Below are positions 1 through 19,611 of a stretch of 64,000 nt of DNA, piece by piece. The number at the start of each line of letters is the position of its first letter. Position 1 is the stretch's first letter. The stretch comes from Lingula anatina (Eukaryota; Animalia; Brachiopoda). The translations under genes were made by a program, and so were the position numbers. The DNA lies in NCBI GenBank assembly GCA_051362555.1, contig CM120644.1, positions 132,954 to 196,953 of the forward strand, read 5' to 3'. Below the pieces are notes generated by a model. The model was not told the DNA's origin and did no database searches. It was given only the letters and a program-made list of their open reading frames with translations.

Positions 1-34
1 ATTCAGTGATTCAAAATTATGTAAACATTCTTAC

Positions 35-8674
<8,640 letters not shown>

Positions 8675-8681
8675 GTTGTTT

Positions 8682-8700
8682 CGCAATGCATTGTGGGAAG
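8682..8700 (-). promoter_or_regulatory. ZNF143/Staf (SBS) motif at the PRPF40 5' end
   Basis: Minus strand CTTCCCACAATGCATTGCG matches the ZNF143 consensus TTCCCAYAATGCAYYGCG and lies just upstream of the ATG. Confidence 0.6.
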
Positions 8701-9095
8701 ACCGGTAAAAATAAAAGGACTCTCCATAATTTGGCCTCATTTTCGGTACGTTAGCCCACATTATAAACCGAAAGCGAAAGGGATTTCTTTTTTTCTTCCC
8801 TTTTTTATTTTATTTTAAAGAAGTCACATAATGCGATATACCTGGATCGGCTTTTTTAACACAACCTTAATCACCACGTTCGGTATATATTGTCCCTAAG
8901 CTTCCTATTTTATATTCAGTAATTGACCTTTAAACATGTAACGTTGCTTAACAGATTTAAAAGACAAAAATTGATTTTTTAAACAATTTTGTACCGTCCA
9001 GAAGCCAGGGCCGTAGCCTGAGCAAAATGCCAGGGGGGCAGTAAGCGGACACGAGAGGGCGAAGCCCCCGAGAGGGGAGGGTGTGGGAGGGGGTG

Positions 9096-9923
9096 TGTTA
9101 CTGCCAGAGCAGTGTTTTATAGATAAATCTTATTTCTTTACTTCGGACGCGCTACTCACTTGTTTGTCGCATCGGTGTTGAGTAACAATTGTTTTTAGCG
9201 CGCTTATGATAATGATGGGATAGAATGTGATTCCATGTGGAATGAGATCGGCTGATATTAAATGCTGAGACAGCCGTAATTACAAGTGTTTTTGTAACAG
9301 GAATCTGGCCCATAAGGTTAGCAATTAATTTTAAGTTATGAAAGTTCATTTAAAGATAATTGCGAGAAGATAAAATTAGTTTTCCATTGTAAACTGCAAC
9401 TTTGAGTAGCGTTAGAAATGCCGGTCTGATGTACAATGCACAGTACATGTAACACAATCACTGTGCCTTTCAGTATTGGAGTAAAGAAAGTTCAGTAAAG
9501 TGTAGTGTATTGTTTAGAAACGAGAATGTAGCTGTACTAGTTGCGAGTTAAAGATTGTTTGTTTTATGTTCGTAATCAATGTTATTTTTTAAAAGCGTAT
9601 TTTTTCCATTGTGTTAGTTGCGCCAGATGAGATTTACTACACAATCATTTAGAACCCAGTCGCTTGCATTACACTAGAATAGCCCAAAGTCGGTAAGAGT
9701 TACTTATATTTTGGAGATAAAGATAGGATAACATGCAACTGTTAAGTAAAGATGTTATTTAAGCGACTTAATAGCATTATATAAAAGAACTAGGGCAAGA
9801 ATATGAGATGATTTTCATATTTTATTTCAATTATTCTTTTCAGTTGACGGTTTAAGGTTTAATAAATCAGTAAAAACGACGCAAAGCTGTTGTTGTTGTG
9901 TGTGAGTATTGCAAGTGGCTACA
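9096..9923 (+). repeat. 5' LTR of BEL element
   Basis: TG...CA; no differences from the 3' LTR seen by eye; AATAAA at 9861. Confidence 0.95.
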
Positions 9924-10537
9924 GTCAACGACTGGGATTTGAGATAGCCCATACCAATAGTCCGCAACTAAAGCCCTGAGACGGCCCGTACCGAACAACC
10001 GAACCAAGAAGACAGAATTTATGACCTATTTCCAACCTGTGGTAACTCTAGATATCTGAGATGCCTGGAGCCAGTCAACAGCCATTATTTAGATGACCCG
10101 GCCCAGTCAAGTACTAGCAGTTACTGGTGGGACTGTAATTAAGGAAATTGAGCTAAGATCCAATCCGCAGCTTGCAATAAAGCTGAAATTGAGACTTTCT
10201 CGAGTATATGTTGACACTTGATTTCATATCCACAGATAACTATAAATACTAGTAGACCTCAGTGTAGCTGAATATATTATTGGCTATCTAAATATACATA
10301 TGATTATTAATTTATTTGTTTGTTAAAATTAAGATACTCGGCAATTTGACATGTTTGCTGTTGATGTTCAAATGTTTTAGCTAGCTTATTACTTATAGAG
10401 AAACTGACTACATTTTGAAATTTACTTGACTTGTGTAGTGTAGATAAGTTTATTTGAATCCAAATAAGTTACGCTGCCCATACCACCTGCCCCCTCCCAC
10501 CTTTCTAAGAATACCTGCTCACTGCTTGACATTAAAA

Positions 10538-13500
10538 ATGGATGCAGCTACCATTACCAAGACTCCCAGCACTAGGACAGTTCCTTCTCAGACACCAACT
10601 GACCAAGAAGTAACATTCAGAAACATATCGCCTAAAGATGATTTGAGAAGAAGACTAATTGAGGAATTAGATCCAGATGACTCCGTCAGTCAAGCCGGCT
10701 CAAACGTATCTTTTAAGGAGCGACAGTTAGAAGAAGAAGCTAGACAGGCTGCTTTGAAGGAAAGGCTGAAGTACCTTACAGCACAGCAAGAAATAGAAGA
10801 GCAACAGATACGTTTAGAGCAGAGAAGAAAGCGGCTCTTGTTAGAATCAGAACTGAATGAAAGCAAGAAAAGGGAAGAAATCTTTAGGAAAGCATTGGGA
10901 GGTGAAGATACTACTAAGAAGGAGTCAGACAGCAGCTATAGCCATGATGTTTTGAGGGCCTTAGAGAAGTTGAGCCTGAGTAGATTACCGATTCCAGAGC
11001 CACCTGTATTTGAGGGAAATTATCTAACATATGTAACATGGCGACTAGCATTCAAGACTCTAATAGAAAGCAGAAACATCCCACCCAGTGAGAGGCTGTA
11101 CTACCTAAAGAGGTACCTCAGAGGAGAAGCTAAAGAGACAGTGGATCATTTGTTTTACTTAGATTCAGAAGAGGCTTACATTGAAGCCCTTGAGATACTT
11201 GAAGATAGATATGGTGATAAATTTTTGATAGCAGAGGCTTTCAGAGACAAATTAGAAAAGTGGCCCAAGATTAACAGCAGAGACAGTAAGGGACTTAGAA
11301 AACTATCAGATTTTCTCAGGCAGTGTTTAGCAGCAACAGATCATGTAGGAGAGTTGAAGATCCTGGACGACTGTCGGGAAAATAGGAAGTTACTTCAGAA
11401 ACTACCTGAATGGATCACACGAAGATGGGCCCGAATTGTCGAAGAATCACAAGGTTTCCCAAGCTTCAAGAGGTTTGTAGAGTTTGTAAAAAAGGAATCC
11501 GACATTGTAAATAACCCTGTTATGAGACCAGCTGAAACTGCATTTAGCAAGAAAACCCCCATTTCCACCAGCCTTATGACGAAGACGAGCGATCAAGCTA
11601 TACCAACGCCTCCTGTCACGAAAAATGCCTGTACATTCTGTGAGAAAATAGGACACGACATCAGAGAATGCCGAAACTTCGAAAGAAAAACGCCACAAGA
11701 AAGAATGGAGTTTATAAAGAAAAGAGGTCTTTGCCTAAGCTGCCTTAGAAACGGTCACTTAGCCAAGGAGTGTAAAAGGAAGGAACAATGCAGTAGATGT
11801 GGTCGTAAACACCCTGCCATACTACATGGGGACTACGAAGCCCTACACCCAGAAGATCAACATGTAAGAACATTGTCAAGTACTTGCCAAGAGGGAGCTA
11901 TCAGTTCAATGACAATTCCAGTCTATGTATCTGTAGGAAATTCCGGGAATGAAATCCTGACATATGCTCTTCTAGATAGTCAAAGTGATGTTACATTCAT
12001 TAGCGATGAGTTAGCAGCCAAGCTGAATGCAGAAAGCGTACCTACAAGTATCAGGATTTCAACAGTCAACTCCAGCTATGTAGTCAAAACTTCAAAGGTT
12101 CCAGGATTGACTGTAAGAGGTTTTAACTTAACAGAAACTATAGCACTACCAACCTGTTATACAAGAGAAAACATACCATTCAACAAGAAACATGTACCTA
12201 GACCATCGGATGCAAGAAGATGGAATCATCTGCAAAATATACAGAGCCAAATTGCACCGCTCCAGAATTGCGACGCAGGTTTACTTATAGGTTACAACTG
12301 CTCTCGTGCATTGGTACCCCTTAGTGTCAGAGTAGGAGCAAACGAGGAACCCTATGGAGTACAGACACCCCTGGGATGGAGCGTCGTGGGAAGGACCGGA
12401 CGAGAAGACACAGATGAATATCACCTCAGTCACAGAGTGATGAGGAAAGAAATACAAAAGGATTTGAGAGTCGATGATAGAGGAGAAGTGACTTTTGTCC
12501 ACAGAACAAAGGTTAAAGAGACAGTAACTGAGCCAGAGATAATTCAGTTACTGGAAGCGGACTTCAGGGATGAGCACAAGTCAGAAGAGTCCTTGTCCCA
12601 GGATGACTTGAAGTTCTTAAAGAAGATGAAAGACACAATCTATCAAGACCAAGACAATTTCTATACCATGCCTCTACCATTTAGAACTGATGCCCCACAG
12701 TTGCCTGACAACATGCCCATGGCCATGAGAAGACTTGAGCATCTGAGAAAGAAATTTGCAGACAAAGAATTTGCCGCCGAATATAAGAAGTTCATGGACG
12801 CGATGATAGAAAGCGGAGAAGCTGAACCTGTTCCAGACAAAGATGTAGCTGGAGGACACAGATGGGTCGTGCCGCACCATGGAGTTTACCATAAACGTAA
12901 AGGAAAGCTCAGGGTAGTATTTGACTGCGCAGCGAGATATAAGAACATTAACCTGAATGAGAACCTCATCTCAGGTCCAGACCTCACCAACAGTCTGATA
13001 GGATGTCTCCTGAGATTCAGAGAGGGATCAGTAGCCGTTGTAGGAGACATAGAACGAATGTTTTATCGGTTCAAGGTAGACCCACGAGATCGTAACTACT
13101 TCCAGTTCCTGTGGTGGGATGGAGACCTAGAAGGCACACCTAAGCTATTTAGGATGACAGTTCACCTGTTTGGAGCTGCCAGTTCCCCTGCGTGTGCTTA
13201 CTTTGCTTTGAAACAACTGGTTGAAGACTATGGAGAAGAATTTGATGAGAAGGTTTGCTGGGTAGCTGGTAATTGCCTTTACGTAGACGACTTGTTATTA
13301 AGCATTGATTCTGCTGAGGAGGCAAAGCAGCTTATTGAAGGCGTACGTCAGCTATTTCAGAAAGCAAATATAAGACTTCACAAGTTTATTAGCAACAACC
13401 AAGAAGTTTTGGAGAGTATTCCCGTATCAGAAAGAGGGGCACAGAGCACCACTGTTGATTTGCCTTTACCTGCCACAGAGAGAGTATTGGGAATTCAGTG

Positions 13501-15859
13501 GGATACCCATAGCGACCAGCTCAGATTTCAGTTAACACTGAATGAAAGACCGATGACTAGAAGAGGAATTCTTTCGACTGTTGCCTCTGTCTATGATCCC
13601 TTGGGTTGTATAGCACCATTTATCCTATTAGGCAAACAGATACTGCAGGAGATGTGTGCGACCAAAGCCAGCTGGGATGATCCAATATCAGAAGAACTCA
13701 GACCAAGATGGGAGAAATGGCTGCGTGAATTGCCAAAGCTAGCAGAAATTCATTTATCAAGATGCTATATTCCCCAAGACTTTGGAAAAATTGTCACAGC
13801 AGAGATACACCACTTTTCGGACGCAAGTACCAGAGGATATGGCCAATGCTCCTACCTTCGAGTAGTGAATAACAAAAACGAGTGCCACTGCTGTATCATG
13901 TTGGGCAAATCTCGAGTCGCGCCACTCAAGATTACTACAATTCCGAGATTAGAGCTTACAGCAGCCACAATGTCGACCAAGATGAGTACTCTGCTGAAGT
14001 CTGAAATAACCTATGAAAACCTCAAGGAGTATTTCTGGACAGACTCCAAGATAGTGCTAGGATATTTGAAGAACAATGTAAGAAGATTTCATGTCTTCGT
14101 AGCCAACAGGATTCAGACGATTCAAAACGCTTCTGACCCTAGTCAGTGGCACTACGTGCCAACCAATGATAACCCGGCCGACCATGCTTCTAGAGGGCTG
14201 TATCCAGAGGAACTGATGGCATCAAATTGGTTTAAAGGCCCAGAATTCCTGAGAAACCCAGTTCTAAGCATGGTAGAGGAAAATCCAGAGGTTGATCCAA
14301 ATGATCCAGAGTTGAAGAAAGCAACAGTAAATGCAGTGGAGACTACAGAAAAGGCAGGAACATTTACACAGAAGTTCAATAGATTTTCATCCTGGACCAA
14401 TGCCATTACAGCAGTGACAACCATTAGAAAACGTCTACTCAAAATGGGTTCATCATTGTCTGCTGACCGACGAAAGGCAGAACTTACTATTCTTAAGCTG
14501 CTTCAGGCTGAACGGTTCCAAGACGAAATTAGGCAAATCAAAGATGGATCGCTTCCGAAGAAAAACCCTCTCTCCAAGCTGGATCCTTATATTGACGAAG
14601 AAGGAACCCTGCGAGTAGGAGGACGTCTGACACGATCCTCACTGTCTTACGAAGTACAACACCCTGTAATTTTGCCAAAGTCAGGACATATTGTAGACCT
14701 AATTGTGCGTCATTGCCATCAGAAGGTAGCCCACCAGGGAAGAGGTTTTACTCTGAATGAGATACGTTGCCAAGGGTACTATATCATTGGTATAGGCAAG
14801 ACGGTTGCTTCTGCAATACACAGATGCGTAACCTGTAGAAAAAACAGGGGCAAAAGTGAAGAACAGAGGATGTCAGATTTACCAAGGGATCGAACAGAAC
14901 CTTCACCCCCATTCAGTTACTGCGGCATTGATTGCTTTGGCCCCTTCTCTGTGAAAGAAGGTCGCCGTGAAGTTAAGCGATATGGATTGATAGTGACCTG
15001 CATGGCGTCGAGAGCAGTACACATCGAATGCCTGGATGACATGACGACAGATAGTTTCATAAATGCTTTAAGATGTGTGATAGCTTTGAGGGGTCCCATA
15101 CAGCAAATCAGATGTGATCAGGGATCAAATTTTATCGGAGCAAGAGTGCTTTTAGATAAATCACTAGAAGAGATCAAAAATGACGAGTTGAAGAAATTTA
15201 TGATTGAGAACAAGTGTGATTTTGTGTTTAACAGCCCACATTCAAGCCATATGGGAGGTGTGTGGGAGCGACACATTAGAACCATCAGAAGTATACTAGC
15301 AGCAATGTTGGAGCAACATGGTTCTCGTATTGACACAACCACCTTAAGAACCTTCCTATATGAAGTCATGGCCATTATTAACTGTCGACCTTTGACCGTA
15401 CAGAACCTACATGATCCACTTGGTCCAGAATCACTTACTGCGAACCATTTGTTGACAATGAAGCCAAAGGTAATATTGCCATTGGGAGAGTTTAGACCTG
15501 AGCACCTGTATGCAAGGCAAAGATGGCGCCAAGTACAAGTGTTAGCGGATAATTTCTGGAGTCGCTGGAGGAAGGAATACCTTCTTAATCTGCAACAACG
15601 AACAAAGTGGAATGGGAAACGAAGAAACCTAGGAGTGGGAGACATTGTTTTGCTCAAAGATGAAGGATTATACAGAGGAGACTGGCGACTTGCCAGAGTG
15701 ACAGAGGCGAGCATAGATGAGGATGGATTAGTTCGCAGAGTGAAGATTCTTTTGGGGAATCCTGATCTTTCTGCCAAAGGCATCCCCTCCTCTACGTCTA
15801 CTATATTAGAACGTCCAATCCATAAACTAGTTTTGTTGTTAGAAGGGGATAAGTTGTAA
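10538..15859 (+). CDS. BEL/Pao gag-pol polyprotein (gag, 3 Cys-His knuckles, protease, RT, RNase H, integrase)
   Basis: Uninterrupted ORF (open from 10454, first ATG 10538). Motifs: CTFC..H....C, CLSC..GH...C, CSRC..H...LH; protease ALLDSQS; RT VVFDCAA, GDIERMF, YVDD; RNase H FSDAS, TIPRLEL, WTDS, NPAD; integrase HHCC, GIDCFGP, CDQGSNF, GGVWER. Confidence 0.97.
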   Translation: MDAATITKTPSTRTVPSQTPTDQEVTFRNISPKDDLRRRLIEELDPDDSVSQAGSNVSFKERQLEEEARQAALKERLKYLTAQQEIEEQQIRLEQRRKRLLLESELNESKKREEIFRKALGGEDTTKKESDSSYSHDVLRALEKLSLSRLPIPEPPVFEGNYLTYVTWRLAFKTLIESRNIPPSERLYYLKRYLRGEAKETVDHLFYLDSEEAYIEALEILEDRYGDKFLIAEAFRDKLEKWPKINSRDSKGLRKLSDFLRQCLAATDHVGELKILDDCRENRKLLQKLPEWITRRWARIVEESQGFPSFKRFVEFVKKESDIVNNPVMRPAETAFSKKTPISTSLMTKTSDQAIPTPPVTKNACTFCEKIGHDIRECRNFERKTPQERMEFIKKRGLCLSCLRNGHLAKECKRKEQCSRCGRKHPAILHGDYEALHPEDQHVRTLSSTCQEGAISSMTIPVYVSVGNSGNEILTYALLDSQSDVTFISDELAAKLNAESVPTSIRISTVNSSYVVKTSKVPGLTVRGFNLTETIALPTCYTRENIPFNKKHVPRPSDARRWNHLQNIQSQIAPLQNCDAGLLIGYNCSRALVPLSVRVGANEEPYGVQTPLGWSVVGRTGREDTDEYHLSHRVMRKEIQKDLRVDDRGEVTFVHRTKVKETVTEPEIIQLLEADFRDEHKSEESLSQDDLKFLKKMKDTIYQDQDNFYTMPLPFRTDAPQLPDNMPMAMRRLEHLRKKFADKEFAAEYKKFMDAMIESGEAEPVPDKDVAGGHRWVVPHHGVYHKRKGKLRVVFDCAARYKNINLNENLISGPDLTNSLIGCLLRFREGSVAVVGDIERMFYRFKVDPRDRNYFQFLWWDGDLEGTPKLFRMTVHLFGAASSPACAYFALKQLVEDYGEEFDEKVCWVAGNCLYVDDLLLSIDSAEEAKQLIEGVRQLFQKANIRLHKFISNNQEVLESIPVSERGAQSTTVDLPLPATERVLGIQWDTHSDQLRFQLTLNERPMTRRGILSTVASVYDPLGCIAPFILLGKQILQEMCATKASWDDPISEELRPRWEKWLRELPKLAEIHLSRCYIPQDFGKIVTAEIHHFSDASTRGYGQCSYLRVVNNKNECHCCIMLGKSRVAPLKITTIPRLELTAATMSTKMSTLLKSEITYENLKEYFWTDSKIVLGYLKNNVRRFHVFVANRIQTIQNASDPSQWHYVPTNDNPADHASRGLYPEELMASNWFKGPEFLRNPVLSMVEENPEVDPNDPELKKATVNAVETTEKAGTFTQKFNRFSSWTNAITAVTTIRKRLLKMGSSLSADRRKAELTILKLLQAERFQDEIRQIKDGSLPKKNPLSKLDPYIDEEGTLRVGGRLTRSSLSYEVQHPVILPKSGHIVDLIVRHCHQKVAHQGRGFTLNEIRCQGYYIIGIGKTVASAIHRCVTCRKNRGKSEEQRMSDLPRDRTEPSPPFSYCGIDCFGPFSVKEGRREVKRYGLIVTCMASRAVHIECLDDMTTDSFINALRCVIALRGPIQQIRCDQGSNFIGARVLLDKSLEEIKNDELKKFMIENKCDFVFNSPHSSHMGGVWERHIRTIRSILAAMLEQHGSRIDTTTLRTFLYEVMAIINCRPLTVQNLHDPLGPESLTANHLLTMKPKVILPLGEFRPEHLYARQRWRQVQVLADNFWSRWRKEYLLNLQQRTKWNGKRRNLGVGDIVLLKDEGLYRGDWRLARVTEASIDEDGLVRRVKILLGNPDLSAKGIPSSTSTILERPIHKLVLLLEGDKL

Positions 15860-16050
15860 GTTATGAGGTTCGAGTATGGTTTTGTGATACATGATGTTCA
15901 AGAACTTATAAGTGAAGATCTAATGTTATTTGGGAGTACCAAAGCTATTGTATAGTGAGTTAATAGTTACAGTTTACCAGTTACATTGTTTCATGTGTAA
16001 GTTAGTTTTGTTTGTTTGTATAGAAAATCAATTAGATTTTGGCTGGGGAG

Positions 16051-16878
16051 TGTTACTGCCAGAGCAGTGTTTTATAGATAAATCTTATTTCTTTACTTCG
16101 GACGCGCTACTCACTTGTTTGTCGCATCGGTGTTGAGTAACAATTGTTTTTAGCGCGCTTATGATAATGATGGGATAGAATGTGATTCCATGTGGAATGA
16201 GATCGGCTGATATTAAATGCTGAGACAGCCGTAATTACAAGTGTTTTTGTAACAGGAATCTGGCCCATAAGGTTAGCAATTAATTTTAAGTTATGAAAGT
16301 TCATTTAAAGATAATTGCGAGAAGATAAAATTAGTTTTCCATTGTAAACTGCAACTTTGAGTAGCGTTAGAAATGCCGGTCTGATGTACAATGCACAGTA
16401 CATGTAACACAATCACTGTGCCTTTCAGTATTGGAGTAAAGAAAGTTCAGTAAAGTGTAGTGTATTGTTTAGAAACGAGAATGTAGCTGTACTAGTTGCG
16501 AGTTAAAGATTGTTTGTTTTATGTTCGTAATCAATGTTATTTTTTAAAAGCGTATTTTTTCCATTGTGTTAGTTGCGCCAGATGAGATTTACTACACAAT
16601 CATTTAGAACCCAGTCGCTTGCATTACACTAGAATAGCCCAAAGTCGGTAAGAGTTACTTATATTTTGGAGATAAAGATAGGATAACATGCAACTGTTAA
16701 GTAAAGATGTTATTTAAGCGACTTAATAGCATTATATAAAAGAACTAGGGCAAGAATATGAGATGATTTTCATATTTTATTTCAATTATTCTTTTCAGTT
16801 GACGGTTTAAGGTTTAATAAATCAGTAAAAACGACGCAAAGCTGTTGTTGTTGTGTGTGAGTATTGCAAGTGGCTACA
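16051..16878 (+). repeat. 3' LTR of BEL element
   Basis: Copy of 9096-9923 at offset 6955. Confidence 0.95.
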
Positions 16879-17252
16879 GGGTGTCCCCCTCCCACAGTGT
16901 GGAAAATTTTTAAAAACTGTATGTATAATACTGCATTCTGGTGCATTTTAACTGTTATTTATTGGTCAATCAGAAGTCAGAAATTGTGGGTTCATTTTGC
17001 CATAAGTACAGTCATTTTTTCAACACAACACGCCAATTGGCCTGGGGGATAGCTCCCTCAGGGAGGGTGAGCTTTTTGGCATGAACTGAGTTGGCTAAAA
17101 ACAGTGCACCTTTGTAAACAGATTGTTGATGATTGTCTAGTGGCCATGAGTGCCTTTTCTCACAGAATTGATACCAACTTTGCAATTATTTTTTTTACCT
17201 TTGCGATTATTTTTTTTGCACCCCAATTTCCAGGGGGGGGCAGCTGCCCCGC

Positions 17253-17286
<34 letters not shown>

Positions 17287-17829
17287 AGGCTACGGCCCTG
17301 GAAGCTGAGAAGCTTTGAAGTCTCGCATCCTTATTAAAAGAAAAAAAGCTGTGTATCTTGATTATGCATTAATTTAGAAGCTGGATTCAATGAGATCAAA
17401 TAATTATAAATATTTTCTTGTGTAAATTAAAAATTTTGTAACAAATATTCAGTGTCCATATTTTTTCAGTCTTTGTGTAAAACATTTCTATTGATTTATG
17501 AAACTTCTATATTAAAAATTCAAGTGTGGTCCTCGATCTTTATTCACATTAATTCTCTCAGATGTGTACCAAATATATTTGGCCATATCCATCCAAGAAT
17601 AAAATAGAAATATAGAATAAACTTACTAAAATATAGTGATGCAGGGCCTATTTTGCTCATACTTTTGGTCAATTTCTGATTTTCACAGAAAAGCAAAACC
17701 TCATTTTCCCTGTTTTTATAGTTTTAAAATGATTTTATGTATTTTGCTTATTTAATTGGTCCTTTTATAACTTTGTCTGAAATAGTGTGTAAAAATTTTT
17801 TATGCAAAATGTCAACTGAGTTACTATGA

Positions 17830-18105
17830 CCACATTCAGATTCAAACATTGTACCAGCTAGATCGATCCAACTCCGCGCGGCGGACTCTCGTGAAGTGTT
17901 TCCGACACGCCTCCTTGAGTACTTAATTACTTAACTACACCCTAGAGCTCGAGGAGACGTGTCAGACATTGAAGTCAGTCATAGCAAGGAGTTATAATTG
18001 TTATAACTCCTTGGTTATAGTGACTGCGCTTAGGATCTACCGTACAATCTCCAGCTGGGTTGGATATAGATCCAGCTAGAATGTTGGGTTTATCTGAACA
18101 CTCCC
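17830..18105. mobile_element. Degenerate MITE with internal palindrome
   Basis: Imperfect TIRs ttcagattcaaacattgtaccagctagatcgatccaact / gttggatatagatccagctagaatgttgggtttatctgaa; palindrome caaggagttataa-ttg-ttataactccttg near 17985-18013. Confidence 0.5.
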
Positions 18106-18339
18106 TATTTTCACTTGACTTTTAAAAATCACACGACCTTTGTCTTAAAATGTTTTCAAATAGAGATGGTAATTTATCTGACAACAGTGACAATTACGCA
18201 GAAATCTAAGGAGACAGTCACTAAGGAGTGCTCTTCTTAATTGCGCATCGGATGTGCCAAGTGTCTGTGATCACAGCTAACACAATGCAGACAATCAGAG
18301 GTCAGAGTTCCATTCACTGCGGAGAACAGAAGCAACCGG

Positions 18340-18455
18340 AAGTAGAGATGAATCATCTTCTCTCTCAGGAAACACTCTTATCTCCTCTCGAATTAAATCA
18401 TGAAATTTTCAGAAAACAGGATATATAGACTCTTTTCGTGGATAGTTTAATTCGG
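18340..18455 (+). other. Candidate non-coding first exon of the MRL gene
   Basis: CpG-richer region ending in strong donor CGG|gtgagt at about 18456; the first coding exon (22646) has an acceptor and only 8 nt before the ATG, so an upstream exon is required. Confidence 0.4.
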
Positions 18456-19611
18456 GTGAGTATTATTTCTCACAACGATTATATGAATTTTGTGTTTTTA
18501 CTAATTTGGAGCGTAGATGAACTGAATTTCCTTCTAAATAATCCTAGTCTAGTGTCTAGTTCAGAATATTGCATAGAAAATGCCGATTCGTCAGATGTCG
18601 GTGTTATCGTCTGCCTGGCCGCGGAGTCTGTAGCTCAGCGGGTTGTGTGATAGTTTACTCTAAATGGAAGGTATCGTCTGCCGGCTGATAAACGCTCACT
18701 TTTATAATACTTTATTTGAACTGAAGTCATATGAAGAGTAGCGTCTCAGTGTTCGCAAGGGAAGTGCGTATCTCAGAATTCTGTTTTTTCTTTACGTGAA
18801 AATGGAAAGAACAGAGTAATATGAATAATTTTAGTAGAGCTTTTAAGAGCATTTTGTTATTATCTGTACATCCAGTTTATGGTGATTTCATTGAAGAAAT
18901 CACCGCAAAATGCCGGTATCACTGTGCTGAATTAGAATAAACTGTAAGCTGATCAATATTGGATAAACTATCACCATAGTATGTTCACCTCTTTATTGAC
19001 CCTTGAAAATGCCTGTCACAACATAATATGATTATCCACATTGACCTTTATTTTGCACTTCTAATAAGCAATGTGCACATGCAATTATTTTGCTACCATT
19101 TCAGATATTTAATTTTTTTTTCTTTTCGTTTAACCAAAATACATTTGATTGGGTGCATAGCCATGTTCACATACAACCCTTTTCACCCACTATTTATTTA
19201 TCCACTAGGAAAACAAAACTTATTTCAGAACAGAAAGATGAACAAAATTACTGATATTATTGGCAAAATGGTTGAAATATTTTACATTTTGCCCTACCCA
19301 GTCCAAATATATTTCCCATTTGGTTTAAATCTACATCAGTAATTACTTGATCTTTTCAAATTAAAAAAAACAAAAAACTTTCAGATACATAATTTAATAG
19401 TCACAAAAATTATATTTCTATTTGGCATTTTTAGTGCATCCATTGCATCGAATAGAACTATATCGTAGCCTGCTTTTTAATTTTGTTGTTACTACTCATG
19501 GGACTGATATAATTGTAAGAAATTATGACATATCTGTAATTTTAACATTTTTCCCCCTTATTAGAAGTATCGAGCAATTAAGGTATACATGTCACCGAGA
19601 GTCTTAACATC

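Larger units (their letters stand above)
9096..16878 (+). mobile_element. Full-length BEL/Pao LTR retrotransposon
   Basis: 828-bp direct LTRs TGTTA...CTACA at 9096-9923 and 16051-16878; TSD GGGTG (9091-9095, 16879-16883); PPT ttttggctggggag before the 3' LTR; single gag-pol ORF. Confidence 0.97.
9006..17300. mobile_element. About 510-bp non-autonomous TIR DNA element (hAT-like CAGGG ends), split by the BEL insertion
   Basis: TIRs CAGGGCCGTAGCC (9006) / GGCTACGGCCCTG (17300); flanked by GAAGC on both sides; pieces are 9006-9095 and 16884-17300. Confidence 0.8.

Noticed and set aside
11447-15783. Minus-strand ORFs within the BEL element
   Set aside because: Antisense shadows of gag-pol; no recognisable motifs and no env-like ORF.
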